DNA of 64,000 nucleotides from Hemiscyllium ocellatum (GCF_020745735.1 NC_083409.1:13019259-13083258), one strand, 5' to 3'; positions 47,617 to 60,261 are shown, counted from the first letter of the stretch. Notes: generated from the letters alone by a model not told the origin. Numbers and translations: made by a program.

Positions 47617-50600
47617 ATAGAGTCATAGNNNNNNNNNNNNNCAAGTACACATCCAGAGTCCTCAACCGCTCCTCATCAGACCAGCCTGTCACCCCAGGTT
47701 CATTCTTATTAAACTCCTCTGATCTCCTCTAATACAAGCAAACATCCCTCCTTAGATACAGGTCCCAAACTGTTCACAATATTCCAAATGCAGTCTGACC
47801 AGAGTCTCATACAGCCTCAGCAGGACATACCTGTTCTTGTATTCTAACTCAGTTGAAATGAATGATAACATTGCATTTGTCTTCCTAATTGCCAACTGAA
47901 CCAAAATGTTCACCTTCAGAGTAACCTGAAAGAGGACTTCCAAGTCCCTTTGTACTTGAGAATTCTGAATTTCCCCATTTAGAAAACAGTTTGAGCTTCT
48001 GTTCTTCCAACCAAGCTGCATAACCTCACACATTCCCATATTGTATTCCATCTGCCACTTCGTTGCCCACTCTCTGAGCCTTTCCAAGTCCTTCTGCAGC
48101 CTCCCTGCTTCCTCAACTCTCCCTGTCCCTCACCTCATCTTTGTGTCATCAGCAAATTTAGGAACAATGCCCTCAGTTCCTTTTCCCAGATCGTTGATAT
48201 ATAATTAATTGTTACATGATCAGCTGAAGTCCCAACACTGCCCCCTGCTGAACTGCACGAGGCACCAGCTGCCATCCTGCAAAAGACCCATTTATTCCCG
48301 CTCTCTATCCATGTCAGTACCGGGCCCCAAACCCCATGGGCTCTTATGTTATTTAGCAGCCTCCTGTGTGGCAACTTGTCAAAGGCCTTCTAGAAATCCA
48401 AATAGATCATGTTGATTGGTTCTCCTTTGTCTAACTTGTCATTAACTCCTCTTATTACATAGAATTCCAGCATCTCCCTCTCGAACTGCAGGGTGAATTC
48501 TAACACATTATGGTCACTGCCCCTCAGGGTTCATTCACCTTCAGTTCCCCAATCAGAGCTGCCTCATTACACATCACCGAATCCAGAATTACCTGTTTCC
48601 TAGGGATCTACCACAAACTATTCCGAAAAAGCCTCTCGTGACATTCCATGAATTCCCTTCCTTGAGATCCATTCCCAACCTGACTTTCCCAGTTCACCTG
48701 CATATTGCAGTCCCCACAACTATTGTAATAATCCCTTTCTTACATGCCTTTTCTGTCTCCTGATTTATTTTCTGATCCACGTCCCGATTACTGCAAGGAG
48801 GTTTGTACATAATTCCCATCAGGTTCTTTGTTCCTTTGTGGTTTCTTAAATTGACTCACACAGATTCTATGCACTCTAACATTATATTTCCTCTTGCTGT
48901 CGATGTAACTTCAATTCTAACTGACAGAGTAAACCCACTCCCCAACTTGCCCATCTACTGATCACGAGGAACGTAAAAACATAGAAAATAGCTGCAGGAA
49001 CAGGCTATTTAGCCCTGAGAGCCTGCACCACCGTTCAATATGATCATTACTGATTATGCAATCTCCGATTCCCATTCCCACTCTCCCCAATATCCCTTGA
49101 TCCTTTTAGCTGCAAGTGCCACATTCCTCTTGATATATGTCTAACAAACTGCCCCCATGAGCTTTCTGTGGTAGAGAATTCCACAGGTTCACAACATCTG
49201 AATAACCTAACCTTATTTGTGATCTTTGAAGCCGAGTTTTGGATTTCTCTAATATCGGGAACATTCTTCCAGCATCGAGCCTGTCAAGTCCCATCAGGAT
49301 TTTACATGTTTCTGTGAGATTCCCCTCATTCTTCTAAATCCCAGTGAGTACAAGCCCAGTCAATCATATGTCAGTCCTGCTGTCCCAGAATCAGTCTCAT
49401 GCACCTTCGCCGGGCTCCCTCAATAGCAAGAATGTCCTTCCTCAGACTAGGAGACTAAAATTGCGCACAATACTCAAGGTGAGGCCTCACCAAGGCCCTG
49501 TTTAATTCTGCAAGAAGTCCTTACTCCAATACACAAATCCTCTCACTGTGAAGGCCAACATGCCATTAGCTTTCCTCACTGCCTGCTGCACGTGCGTGCC
49601 CCCTTTCAGTGACTGTTCCACCATGACACCCAGCTCTCATTGCACCTCACGTTTTCCTAAACTATCACCATTTATTAATAATTTGACTTCCTGTTTACCA
49701 CCAAAGTGGATGATCTCACATTTACCCACATTATATTGCATTTGCCAAGCTTTGTCCACTTAGCCAGCCTGTCCAAGTAACGCTGCAGCCTCTTAGCATC
49801 CTCCTCACACCACACACTGTCACCCAGCTTCATGTCATCTGCAAGTTTGCATGGATTGCATTCAATACCTTTGTCCATGTCATTTATGTATATTGTGAAC
49901 AGCTGGGGTCCCAGCACTGAACCCCTGCAGTACCCCACTCACCACTGCCTGCCACTCTGAGAAGGACCCATTTATTCCAACTCTCTGCTTTCTATCTGGC
50001 AACGAGTTCTCTCTCCATGTCAATACATTACATCCAATACCATGTGGTTTAATGTAACTCACTAATCTCATGTATGGGACCTTGTCAAAAGCCTTTTGAA
50101 ATTCCAGATACACAATATCCACTGAGTTCTGAGGGAGGGTCACTCAATTCGAAACTCTAACTTCGATTGTTCTCCACAGATGCTGCCAGATTTGCTAAAA
50201 TGTTTCATCATTTTTTTTTTGTTTTGTTGTCCACTGATTCAGCCTTGTCCACTCTCAGCTGATCACATCCTCAAAACCTTCCGGAAGATGTGTCAGGCCT
50301 GATTTCCCTTTCGTAAATCCATGCTGACTTGGACCGATCCTGTCACTGCTTTCCAAATGCTCGGTTATTGTATCTTTAATAACTGACTCTGGTGTTTTCC
50401 TCATGTATAATTCCTCATTTTCACTCTCCCTCCTTTTAGTAAAAAGTGGGGTTATATTGGATACTGTCCAGTCCATTGGAACTCTGTCAGAATCGACAGA
50501 ATGCCAGAAAATGATCACAAATGTGCCCATTATTTCTACACCCACTTTCTTAAGGACTCTGAGTTGCAGAGCATCAGGCCCTGGGGACTTACCAAGTTTT

Positions 50601-50700
50601 GATACCATCAGTCTCCCCAAGACCATATCCTGACTAATAAGGATTATCTTCAGTCCTTCCTTCACACTTGACCCTCTATCCCCTTGCATTTCCTTTCAAT
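47617..50700 (-). mobile_element. Cluster of CR1 LINE fragments (includes the assembly gap)
   Basis: Minus ORFs 47752-48087, 49675-49938, 49880-50143 and 50255-50689 carry CR1 RT motifs (EFQKAFDKVP, VLGPQLFTIYIND, KSPGPDAL). Confidence 0.88.
47629..47641. other. Assembly gap (13 N)
   Basis: Run of N. Confidence 1.
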
Positions 50701-50849
50701 AGGATGTGCATCCTTGGATATTTAGTCCCCAGCCCTGATCCCCTTGCAGCCACGTCCCTGCGCTACAGGCTCATTTACCTTGTTTCACATACTCCATACA
50801 TCGAAGTACAACACCCTCAGTCATGCATTGACTGCCTCCTTGTCATAGT

Positions 50850-51060
50850 TGAAAATGTGTTGCTGGTTAAAGCGCAGAAGGTCAGGCAACATCCAAGGAA
50901 CAGGAAATTCGACGTTTCGGGCACAAGCCTTTCATCTGATGAAGGGCTTGTACCCGAAACGTCGAATTCCCTGTTCCTTGGATGCTGCCTGACCTGCTGC
51001 GCTTTAACCAGCAACACATTTTCAGCTCTGATCTCCAGCATCTGCAGACCTCACTTTTTA
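50850..51060. mobile_element. Penelope-like pLTR head-to-head palindrome
   Basis: 87-bp arms 50850-50936 and 50938-51024; near-identical translations on both strands in the ORF track; hammerhead-like core at 50936-50963 (+). Confidence 0.88.
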
Positions 51061-51084
51061 CTCCTTCTCATAGTTATCTCTTTT

Positions 51085-51335
51085 AGAATTCATAGTATTC
51101 CTACAGTGTGGAAGCAGGCCATTCAGCCCAGCCTGACACTCGAAATAGCATCCCACCCACCCTACCATTCCCATGGATAATCCTCCTAACCTACACATCT
51201 TTGTGACAATGGGAGGAAACCCAAGTAGACACGGGGAGAATGTATAAACAACACACAGATAGTCAGTTGGAATTGAGTCTGTGTCTCCGGAGCTGTGAGA
51301 CAGCAGTGCTAACCACTGATCCACCATTCCACCCT
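51085..51335 (-). mobile_element. HE1-like SINE
   Basis: Reverse complement of the same SINE as 24431-24765. Confidence 0.75.
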
Positions 51336-52667
51336 GCGGGGCCTCAAGTTCGATTCCTCATCCTTTCCATACTCTCTATCCTAGTACTTGGTCTGGATAC
51401 TTTAATAAAGTGTCCTGAGCCCCTACCTTCTTCAAACAGTTTAAATTCCTCGAAGCTTGATTTACCTTGGTTTGTGTGGTACCACTTTGTCTACATTATT
51501 CCGAATCGGTCATGCATTAAGAGACAAAGCCTTTGAGTTTGTTCTAGTATTGAGCTTCCCTGCACTTTTAAGTTTCCTTAGTACAATAAGACATTCACAA
51601 TACTCTGTCCTTTCCTAGTATTTTCTGGTAACAATCAATCCCATCACTATCCAGTAACTCTCCCTTCTCCTTTAACTTTCATTTTCTCATTTTCCATCCA
51701 ACTGTTCCAGTTACTTTTTCTTTGAATCATATTCAGGCTGATATTTATCCCTGAACAAACATCACTCAAAATGTTCCTTGGTTCATTGTTACTCGTGGGA
51801 TCTTGCTGTGTACAATCTGGCTTTCACATTTCCTGCATTCCTACAGTGAGCACATTCCAAACAAGTTCCACACTGTCTGCAAATGTCTTGGGGACAGCAT
51901 GGATCTTTCTTTTCTTTGGATGAACTGGGAGTCTTTCAGATGTGAAAGATTCCGTTCCAATGTTGCACAGTCCTCCTCCTGAATTACAGTTCCTGCTTTG
52001 TCCCTCTCTTTTGTGAAAACAGACCGGAAGTTTTCATGAGGAACAATTGCTCCATCTTCCACCCCCACACACAAGTTCCCTTCCTGCTCTCGAATGGGCC
52101 TCATACATTCCTTCATTCTCTTGTTCTTTCTGTGATTATAAAACATCACTGGGATTTCCCTGACTTCATTTGGACACATTTCATCCTGTCAGCTCTTTGC
52201 TTTCCTCAGGTCTTGGTAAATCTCACCCCTGCATTTTGTCTTTCAGCCTACTTTTATCAAATCACTGCCCAGTTTAGTAAAATGGTTTGTTCCCAAATAA
52301 AAACATTTACATTTGTTCCGTGGTTCTCTATTTACATCCCTACTCTCAATCTCACTGAGTTCTGGTCACTGTCACTGAAATGCTCCCCCATTGATAACCC
52401 TTCCAGCTGCCCACATTCATTCCATAAATGATGGTCCAAAACTGTCCCTTCTCTTTCACCATCACTTTCTCAGCGGCGATTAGGGATGGGCAATAAATGC
52501 TGGCCCTTCCACTGACACTCACATCCCAATTTTAAACGGCCCTGTCCTTTTATGGGGCTTATTAGGTATTGAATACAAATGTTCAAATTGATTGTTTTGC
52601 CAGTGAAGGTTCAGAGTTGAAATCCCTTTGAATGGCAGGGATTAAAATTGTTTCTCTTGTCTTTCAG

Positions 52668-52996
52668 GCCGTGAGAACTCTCAGCCCAAGCTGACCCTGC
52701 TGCCCCCCTCCCCGGAGCAGATCAATGCCAAGGGCACTGCCACCCTGGTGTGCCTTGCCAATCACTTCTATCCCGATGAGCTGGAGGTGCAGTGGAAGAA
52801 GGATGGTGCAGTCATTTCGGATGGGGTTCAGACCAGCAACTACCTGCGAGCTTCGGACAGCACCTACAGTGTCAGCAGCCTGCTGACCCTCTCTGGATCT
52901 GACTGGGAGTCCAATGCTCGCTTCTCCTGTGCCCTCACCCACATGACCCTCCCGTCTCCCCTCAGCAAGAGCATCAGGAGATCAGAATGTGTGTAG
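52668..52996 (+). CDS. Immunoglobulin light-chain constant exon, shark sigma-cart (type I / NS5) class, intact copy
   Basis: Acceptor tttctcttgtctttcag, phase 1. RENSQPKLTLLPPSPEQINAKGTATLVCLANHFYPDELEVQWKKDG...STYSVSSLLTLSGSDWESNARFSCALTHMTLPSPLSKSIRRSECV* has both C1-set cysteines, the core Trp and the penultimate interchain Cys. The isotype is assigned from recalled nurse and horn shark type I/NS5 sequences. Confidence 0.95.
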
Positions 52997-53521
52997 AGTG
53001 TTTGAGACAGTCCACAGAGGAGACACAACTTTAAATAGAACAGGGCTGAGCTGCCAGGACAAAGGTCATTGCCAGCACAGAATTTCAATTCTCTTCCTTC
53101 TCAGGACTGGCTCAGAGACACGTCTGAGGTTCAAGGGTTAAGGCAGGTCTTTGGGATCATCAAAAATAAGCTTTACTCTGTATCATACCCCATGCTGACC
53201 CTGTTCTAGGAGTGTTTGATTGGACAGTGAAGACTAGTGATGCCAAGTAAAACCTCTCGAAGATGCTGAAAACTGTCAGCTGTTCAAAACAATGTGAACC
53301 TCAGAAGTCTCTGTTTCAGTAAACCAGGTCTCCTTCCTGCTCAGCCGCCAGTTCCAATTTAAGGTTTTGTCACTGTTTAAAGGGACAGGATTCCCATGTT
53401 ATTGAGAAAATCTCCACAAGTGTTTTCCTTAAGCTCCATTGTGGCTGTGAATTTGAGCAGCTTCCTCTGTCTGGGCTGTTAGTTGCAGTCTGTTTTCTGT
53501 TCATGTTAATCTGGAAATGGG

Positions 53522-53527
53522 AATAAA
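53522..53527 (+). terminator. Probable polyadenylation signal of IgL C copy 1
   Basis: AATAAA about 525 nt after the stop, followed by GT/T-rich sequence; conserved in copy 2. Confidence 0.55.
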
Positions 53528-56500
53528 GATGAAGAAGATTCAGTCTCTGTCTCTGTGTGTGCTTTGGGAATGGCCAGAGCTGAAACTTCAGGGAAAGGTG
53601 TGTGAAGTGTTAACCTCCAACTTCAAGGCCTGGAACAAAAGGGGGAGAATCGAGGAGTTAATGGGGTCCCTGGAGAAGGAGGGCAATTCTACAACTGTGT
53701 CCAGAGGGGTTCTTTCAGAAGGAATGCAGGGCCCCAAGGAATTCTTTCCCAATAAATGGAGAAAAGAAGGAAGGCAGGAAGGGACACTGGGGAACACAAT
53801 AATCTGATGGAAATTCCCTCACCCATCCCTTAGGCACAGCAAGATGCCAGGTCAAGAAATTCAACTCAACTGTTTGTGAGCCAGTGCCATTGGGAACCCT
53901 GCATTTATGAATATGACCAGCAGGCTCTTGTTACTCAGAATAACAATTCTACAGGGTTTGAGAAATAAATATTCCATAAATTAGACCTGGGTTTTGTTTC
54001 CTCTTCAAATGGGATGGAATTGCCCCGTGTGTCCCTGGGGTCAGATTGAGAATGTTCAATCCGGGGGCATCTGGGAGTCATGGCTGGGGAGGATCATCAA
54101 TGATAAACCTTCTGCTGTCATATTCTGTAGCCCCTGGGCCAGCTCAGTGAGGATCACCCAGGGCTCAGGGTGGATTCCAGAGCAGCTCATTGTCCTGACT
54201 GTTGTGTTCCTCAGTCCACACGTGGCTCCAGCACTCTCACTCCATGGTTTTGGTATCAATGGGAACCATGGGGCTGAAATCTTATCCAAACAGACCCTCA
54301 CACAGCAGGGAGGCTGCTGGTGGCTCAGAAACCCCTTGGATTCAGTCCCAGATTCCACGGTGGCTCTTTCATCAAACACAGCATTAGCACACTGACACCA
54401 CATTCAGAGGGCAATCCTGAGATGGGGCAAGTTTGGTTCTTGATTCCAATGTGAGGAAATGGGGGCTGGGTGTGAAATGTCTAGTCTGAAACTGGTGGGG
54501 GTACTTTATAATGAAGAATAGAAACTGATGTCGGAATAAAGTCAGGTGTTGATGGGAATGAGAACTATCTCAGTGATCTGTCTCCAGAATCCACAGCCGG
54601 TACACATCCTTCTGTCAGACAGAGAAACTGCTCCTTGACATCCTATATTTCTCTATCTTTCCCAGAAAAGGTGAAATATTCTCTGCCTCTCTGGTACAGG
54701 ACTTTTTAAAAAGGGCTGTGGGAAGGGAACTGTTGACTCTCAATGACAAAGCCAATGGAAGGATGTGGAGCTGGCACAGTGAAATGTTAGGGCACAGAGG
54801 ATGACACCAGAAGCAATTCAATGTTGTCACTCTCCCCTTTTTAATTGTCAAACTGGTAATAATTGGTTTTCCCTCACAACTTGCTCTCTTGTATTTGATC
54901 CACGTGCCTTTCTTGCTTTGCTTCTTTTGACGTCAGTCTGTGGGCAATTCCATCAAAGCCCAATCTCCTCACACCCATCCTGGCCCCTGAGGAGATTAGA
55001 GACAAAAAAAACTGCAAATGCTAGAATCCAAGGTTAACAAGCAGGAGGCTGGGAGAACACAGCAAACCAGGAAACCTCCGGAGGTGGAGATGTTGACGTT
55101 TTTGGTGTAACCTTTCTTCAGGAAGTGGGGTGGGTGGGTGTTGGGGGAGCTGCAGATAAAGGGAGTGGTGGGGCCAGGGTGGTTAGGTGGGGATAGGTGG
55201 AGACAGGTAGAGGATAGGACCTGGTTGGTCGAGGGGAGGGATGATTCTGGATTCATTTCTCCCATCAACAAATCAGGTAATTCTCTCTATCTTTCTCAAC
55301 CTATCCCCACCTCACCACCTCACTACCTCACTCCAACCCACCCCTTTATCTGCAACTCCCCTCACACCTATTCCCCTCTTCCTGAAGAAGAGTTACGCCT
55401 AAAATGTCGGCCCCTGAAAAGATTCGACATGGTTATTTCACTGAATCAAATCATCGAGCGCATCAATCCTGAGAACAGGTTCCAGCATTGAAGTCATATT
55501 TCCTGTTTGCAAACGTAAAGTCTCTCTCAGGCTGAAAGAAGGAAGCCTTCGATTGAGAAATGAGTGAGCTTAACCCATATCCTGAACAACAGCACAACAG
55601 AATGGAGTAATATAAATCAGAAACAGTATAAGTACAGGGCAGCCTATATACTGCAGCTCGCACTAGGTGCAGCCAGCACAGAGGGGAATGCTGGTCAGTG
55701 TGGTAGTTTGGTGAACTCAGAGAAGGAGTCTACCTTTGCTTTTCCAACCTGATTTGGAACTGTCACTTCAGCTGATGGGAGCCTGCACATGCACTTGGTT
55801 TGAATGAAACAAAATGATAAACAAGAAAATAGGAATCTGGATTTGTTTAGTTTGAGGGGCTGTATAAATAGACTGCTTCAGGACATGTCCATTAGGGAAG
55901 TTTAATAAATGGAAAGTAGACTGAAACAGACTGAAGACAATTACTGCTCTAATGAAGGAATGGATATTTTTCATTTGTAAGTGAGATCAACATTTCTTTA
56001 TTGCATTGAAATGATTCAGGGTAAATACATCTGCAGTGAATGTATAAAACTACAGGAGCTCCCACTCAGGGTGTTTGGAATGAAGGCTGAATTGAAAAAG
56101 CAGTGATACATCAGGGAGTGCCGGAGATACCTGGAGGATTAGTTCCAGAAGGAAGTTATAGGCCTCAAGACTAAACAGTTCAATTCCTCGTTGTAGTAAG
56201 GGGCAGGAGGGTATGACACACGAGGGAGGCAGATAGGGGGTTGGAGAATACAGTGGGACAGGAAAACCCCTCACTCTTCTAAACCCCACTGAGAACAAGG
56301 CCAGCCTTTCCAATCCTTCCTCATCACACAGCCCACTCATACCAGGGATCAATCTGGTAAAACTCCTCTGAACCACCTCCAATGCATTTATATTCTTCTT
56401 TCAATAAGGAGACCAAAACTACACACAATAAGTATTTGAGATGTGGTCACACCAATGTCCAGGAATAACTGAAACATCACAGTCTCACTTTCTGGTCCCA

Positions 56501-59181
56501 AATCACACCTACTGTTACTTTTACAAGCCTTTTTACTGTCCATCTTTACTTGTCCTGTGCTGTAGGTAGACCCACAATGTCCTGAGGAAGGGAATTCCAG
56601 AATTCTGACCCAGTGATGATATTTCCAAGTTAAACTGGTGAATAGCTTAGAGGGAACTTGCTGGGGTGATGTTCCCATTGTATCTTCTGCCCCTGTCCAT
56701 CTTGATTCAAGTAATCATGGGTTTAGAAGGTGTTCCCTCAGAACTTTTGATGAATTTATTGGAGTACATCTTGTAAATAGAACACACAGATGTTACTGAG
56801 TGTTGGTGTGGAGGGAATGGATGTGTGTGGAAATGGTGCCAATCAAGCGGGCTAAAATTTGATAAACAAAATTTAAATAAGATAAATAAAACAACTTAAA
56901 ATGGAAAAAAATAAAATGCTGCTGCTTTTTTGATAAAACATCACTGAACCTCAAAAAGTTAATTCCTCCTTTCCCCACAGAGGCTGCACCTGTTCCGTTT
57001 TTCCAACATCGCGCTTCTATTTGAGATTTGCAGTATTTTGTTTTTGTATTTGTGTTGATGCCATTGGTTATAAGAGAAGTATTGGTCAGCACACTGGGGG
57101 GGTGGGGGGGGGTGGGGCGGGGGAGGGGTGGAGGGGTGGGTTTTGTCTGAGATGATCAGAAAAGCCTTACATTCACATTAACCTGAGAGGGCAGTGGTTT
57201 AACCGATTATCCAGCAGATGGCATCTTTGTCCTTACCAGCCTCTCGTCAGTGCTCCAGTCTCTGGAGTGAGACATGAAAACCTGCAGGTTCAGGTGACGG
57301 TGTTACTGAGGCTGTTTATTCTTTCCTGGGATGTGGGTGTCACTGGATTTGTTCTCCATCCCTAACTGCCCTGAAACTGAGTGGCTTGCTCGGCCTTTCA
57401 AATGGCAGGTAAGGGTCAGCCACATTGCTGGAGTCCTGGCAGAGTCAGACATCTGCCACAGGTCTACAAGAACAAGGCCCTTTGGCCCAATGAGCCAAAG
57501 CCAGTCAAAACCACCACCTCACCATTCTAATTCCATGTTCCAGCATTCGGCCTGTAGCCCTGTGTACTTTGGCATCACAGTTTCACATCGAAATACGTCA
57601 ATGTTATGGGAGAGTTTCTGCCCCAACCACCCTTACAGGGAGTGAGCCCCAGACTGTCACCACCCTCCGGGTCAAAATGTGTTTCCTTATCTTCCCTCTT
57701 AACATTTGGCCATTTATCTTTAATCTGTGCCTCTCCGGTCATTAATCATGACGCAACTCCATGTCACCAAGTCTCCCTTATTGACACATGAACTGTAATG
57801 CCTCAGAGAGAGTCGGGCACCGGAGGCTTAGGGTTTCTGACACTCAGCCTGTTTATGTCAGTGAGGATTCTCCCTGTTATATCCTGGCAATGATTTGAGT
57901 TTTCCGTGTGAAACCCAGTTGGAAATTTTAATGGCACTGAATTTTCCACACACTCCCACCTCTCTTGATGCTCACCCTTCTCTGGTTAATTCTTCCCATT
58001 TCCTTCCCCTCTCTGAGTTAATTCCATTTCAGTAAAATCTGTGATAATTCCATGGAGGATGTGCACGAGAAACTGCCACAGAGAATCTCCCAGCCCTTCA
58101 AGATTTGCAACAAGCCTGGACTGTGCCCTTGTGTACCTTGCCTGAAGGACTCCATGTGATCTGTCAGCCTCCATCCCAGCCTGATAACCATCTCGGACAT
58201 TGGAAGGAAATGCCCAAGGAGCAGGTTAACATGGTGTAAAAAGCCTTTCAGCTGAAGCTTCAGTGTTTACGCTCAGTGTGCATTATCACTTGCTAATTGC
58301 TTTCCTTTTACATGATAATGAGGAAAGAACTCTTGGTGCAGTTTTTTTTAATCATCTCAGGATATTCAAAGCTGTGAGCATAGAGCAGTCACGTTCACGG
58401 ACAAGATGGTAAGGTCCCACAGGCAGTAAATGAATGACAAAACAAATCTGTTTTGTTGGCACTAGTTGAATATTGAACAGGACACCCGAGGGAATCTCTT
58501 CAGAATGGGATCTTGTCGAGCCCCCTGAGGTGGGGGTGGGGATGGTCGGGGTGTGGTGGTGGTGGAGCCTCAAATGATGGTGCCAGAGACTGTGCAACTT
58601 TCAGCAGTGCACCACAGTCTCAGCCTGGATTCTGTGTTCTCATTTCTGAGGTGGCTTTCAATCCGATGACCATTTTGACTATGGGCCAGGAGCATTGCCC
58701 ATGGAGCCACGGTCAGTAACAATGTAAACTGTGTGGCTCTGAAAGCCTGAGTCTGCATCTCAGCTCGGGAGGATATCAGCTCATTCATCAAATCTGTTTC
58801 TGCCCCTCTGCAGGCTGACCAGGCTGCCGGTGCCTTTCCAACACTCCCACGTTTCCTCTTGTGTCACAGCTCATTCTGCTGAGGGATAGTTGTGCTCGTG
58901 ATCGAAAAGTGTGGCGCTGGAAAAGCACAGCAGGTCAGGCAGTTGTGCTCAGGCCGAGGAACATGACCTTGTCCCTCTGTCAGATCCTCTTCGAGACACT
59001 CATGGCTCATTACCGCCCTCTGCAGGACAATTAGGGAAGAGCAACAAGCAAGGATAGAGATGGAGACGTGGAACTTCAAATACTGATCTTTGCACTTTGG
59101 GGGCACGCTTTGATGGCTGTTTGTTAGATCTTCGCGTACGATAATTTTTTGCTGATCCCACTGCTAATCCGAAGGACACTC

Positions 59182-59239
59182 CACCTTGCAGTCTGACAAA
59201 CCAGATTCACCACCTTGCAGTCTGACAAACCAGATTCAC
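59182..59239. repeat. Perfect 2 x 29-bp tandem duplication
   Basis: caccttgcagtctgacaaaccagattcac repeated directly. Confidence 0.9.
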
Positions 59240-59897
59240 CCATTTCCAGGCTTTGTTTCTGGGCAAGGCTCCAGTCTTTCAAAGAGATGAATTCAAGCCT
59301 CACCAGTTTGATTATTTGAATTGTAAGTCATTTATTTTTATTTCTCCTGGGATGGGGTAGGCGTTGAGAGTCGGTTATTTGTTGCTCTTCCCAAACTGTC
59401 CTGGAGATGGCGATGGTGAACCATGTAATATCTGGGAAGCAACTGACAGGTCATTCCCACTGGAATCCACAGGAATGACTGCGGGTTTGTTTGCGGCTAA
59501 TGGAAGGAGTCGTTACCCAAACTCCTCAGCTGCATTGCAAATACTCTATAGTTACTGGAAGGCAGCTGTTTCACTGTACCCGCACAATACAAAGTCAGAA
59601 GGCACACAACACCAGGCTCTAGCTCAAGAGGTTCATTTGAAATCCCAAGTTTTCGAATTGCTGCTCCTTTGTCAGGTGTTCCCCAGTCCACCATCGGTAT
59701 CCCCACATTACTGAACAGTACAAATAACTGGGGCTCTGCGAGGATCCAACCGGCTCAATCTTAGAGAGTACAGCTCTCGAATCAGGATGCCACAATGAAA
59801 ATGCGCTGCATGCTATGATATATCAAAAAGAAATACATTGATGTGACATTAGATTGTCTTCAGATTGTACTTTTTTTTCATTCTGTGATGCATGTAA

Positions 59898-60028
59898 ATT
59901 CCTGAAGAAGGGCTCATGCCCGAAACATCGATTGTCCTGCTCCTTGGATGCTGCCTGACCTGCTGCGCTTTTCCAGCAACACATTTTCAGCTCTGATCTC
60001 CAGCATCTGCAGTCCTCACTTTCTCCTC
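59898..60028 (+). mobile_element. Penelope-like pLTR 3' fragment with a hammerhead-like core
   Basis: CTGAAGA-a-GGGC-tcat-GCCC-GAAAC-ATC at 59902-59929, followed by the common ...ctccagcatctgcagtcctcactttctcc tail. Confidence 0.8.
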
Positions 60029-60261
60029 TTACATGTAGACTATGTCAATATTCAGTATCACAAAGTATGTTTCCTCCAGTAAACACTTTCCAACACACCC
60101 TGTCCATTCTGCTTTACTCCTCATTGCCTCTTCTACAATTGTCCCTGTTCCCTCACTCCGTCCCAGTCCCAGAGGAATTGATGGCGGAGTTCATGACCGC
60201 GCACTGTGTGAAGGTTGGTGTGAAGTGAGGCCAGTGTGTTGAAGCTTGGGCTCCTGCCTCA

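Larger units (their letters stand above)
44383..53570 (+). repeat. Tandem segmental duplication unit A (contains IgL C copy 1)
   Basis: 44383-47610 aligns with 55246-58450, and 52151-53570 with 62309-63945; the interiors differ by independent TE insertions. Confidence 0.9.

Noticed and set aside
50668-51180. 170-aa ORF and its near-identical antisense partner
   Set aside because: Both result from reading through the pLTR palindrome and neighbouring repeats.
53994-54403. Overlapping 133-aa (+) and 115-aa (-) ORFs in unique sequence between the duplication units
   Set aside because: No recognisable domain, Ig motif or convincing splice sites; a faint protease-like CSGIHPEPWVILT was not supported by other motifs.
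57085-57142. G-run tract with G-quadruplex potential, present only in unit B
   Set aside because: A simple low-complexity expansion with no associated feature.
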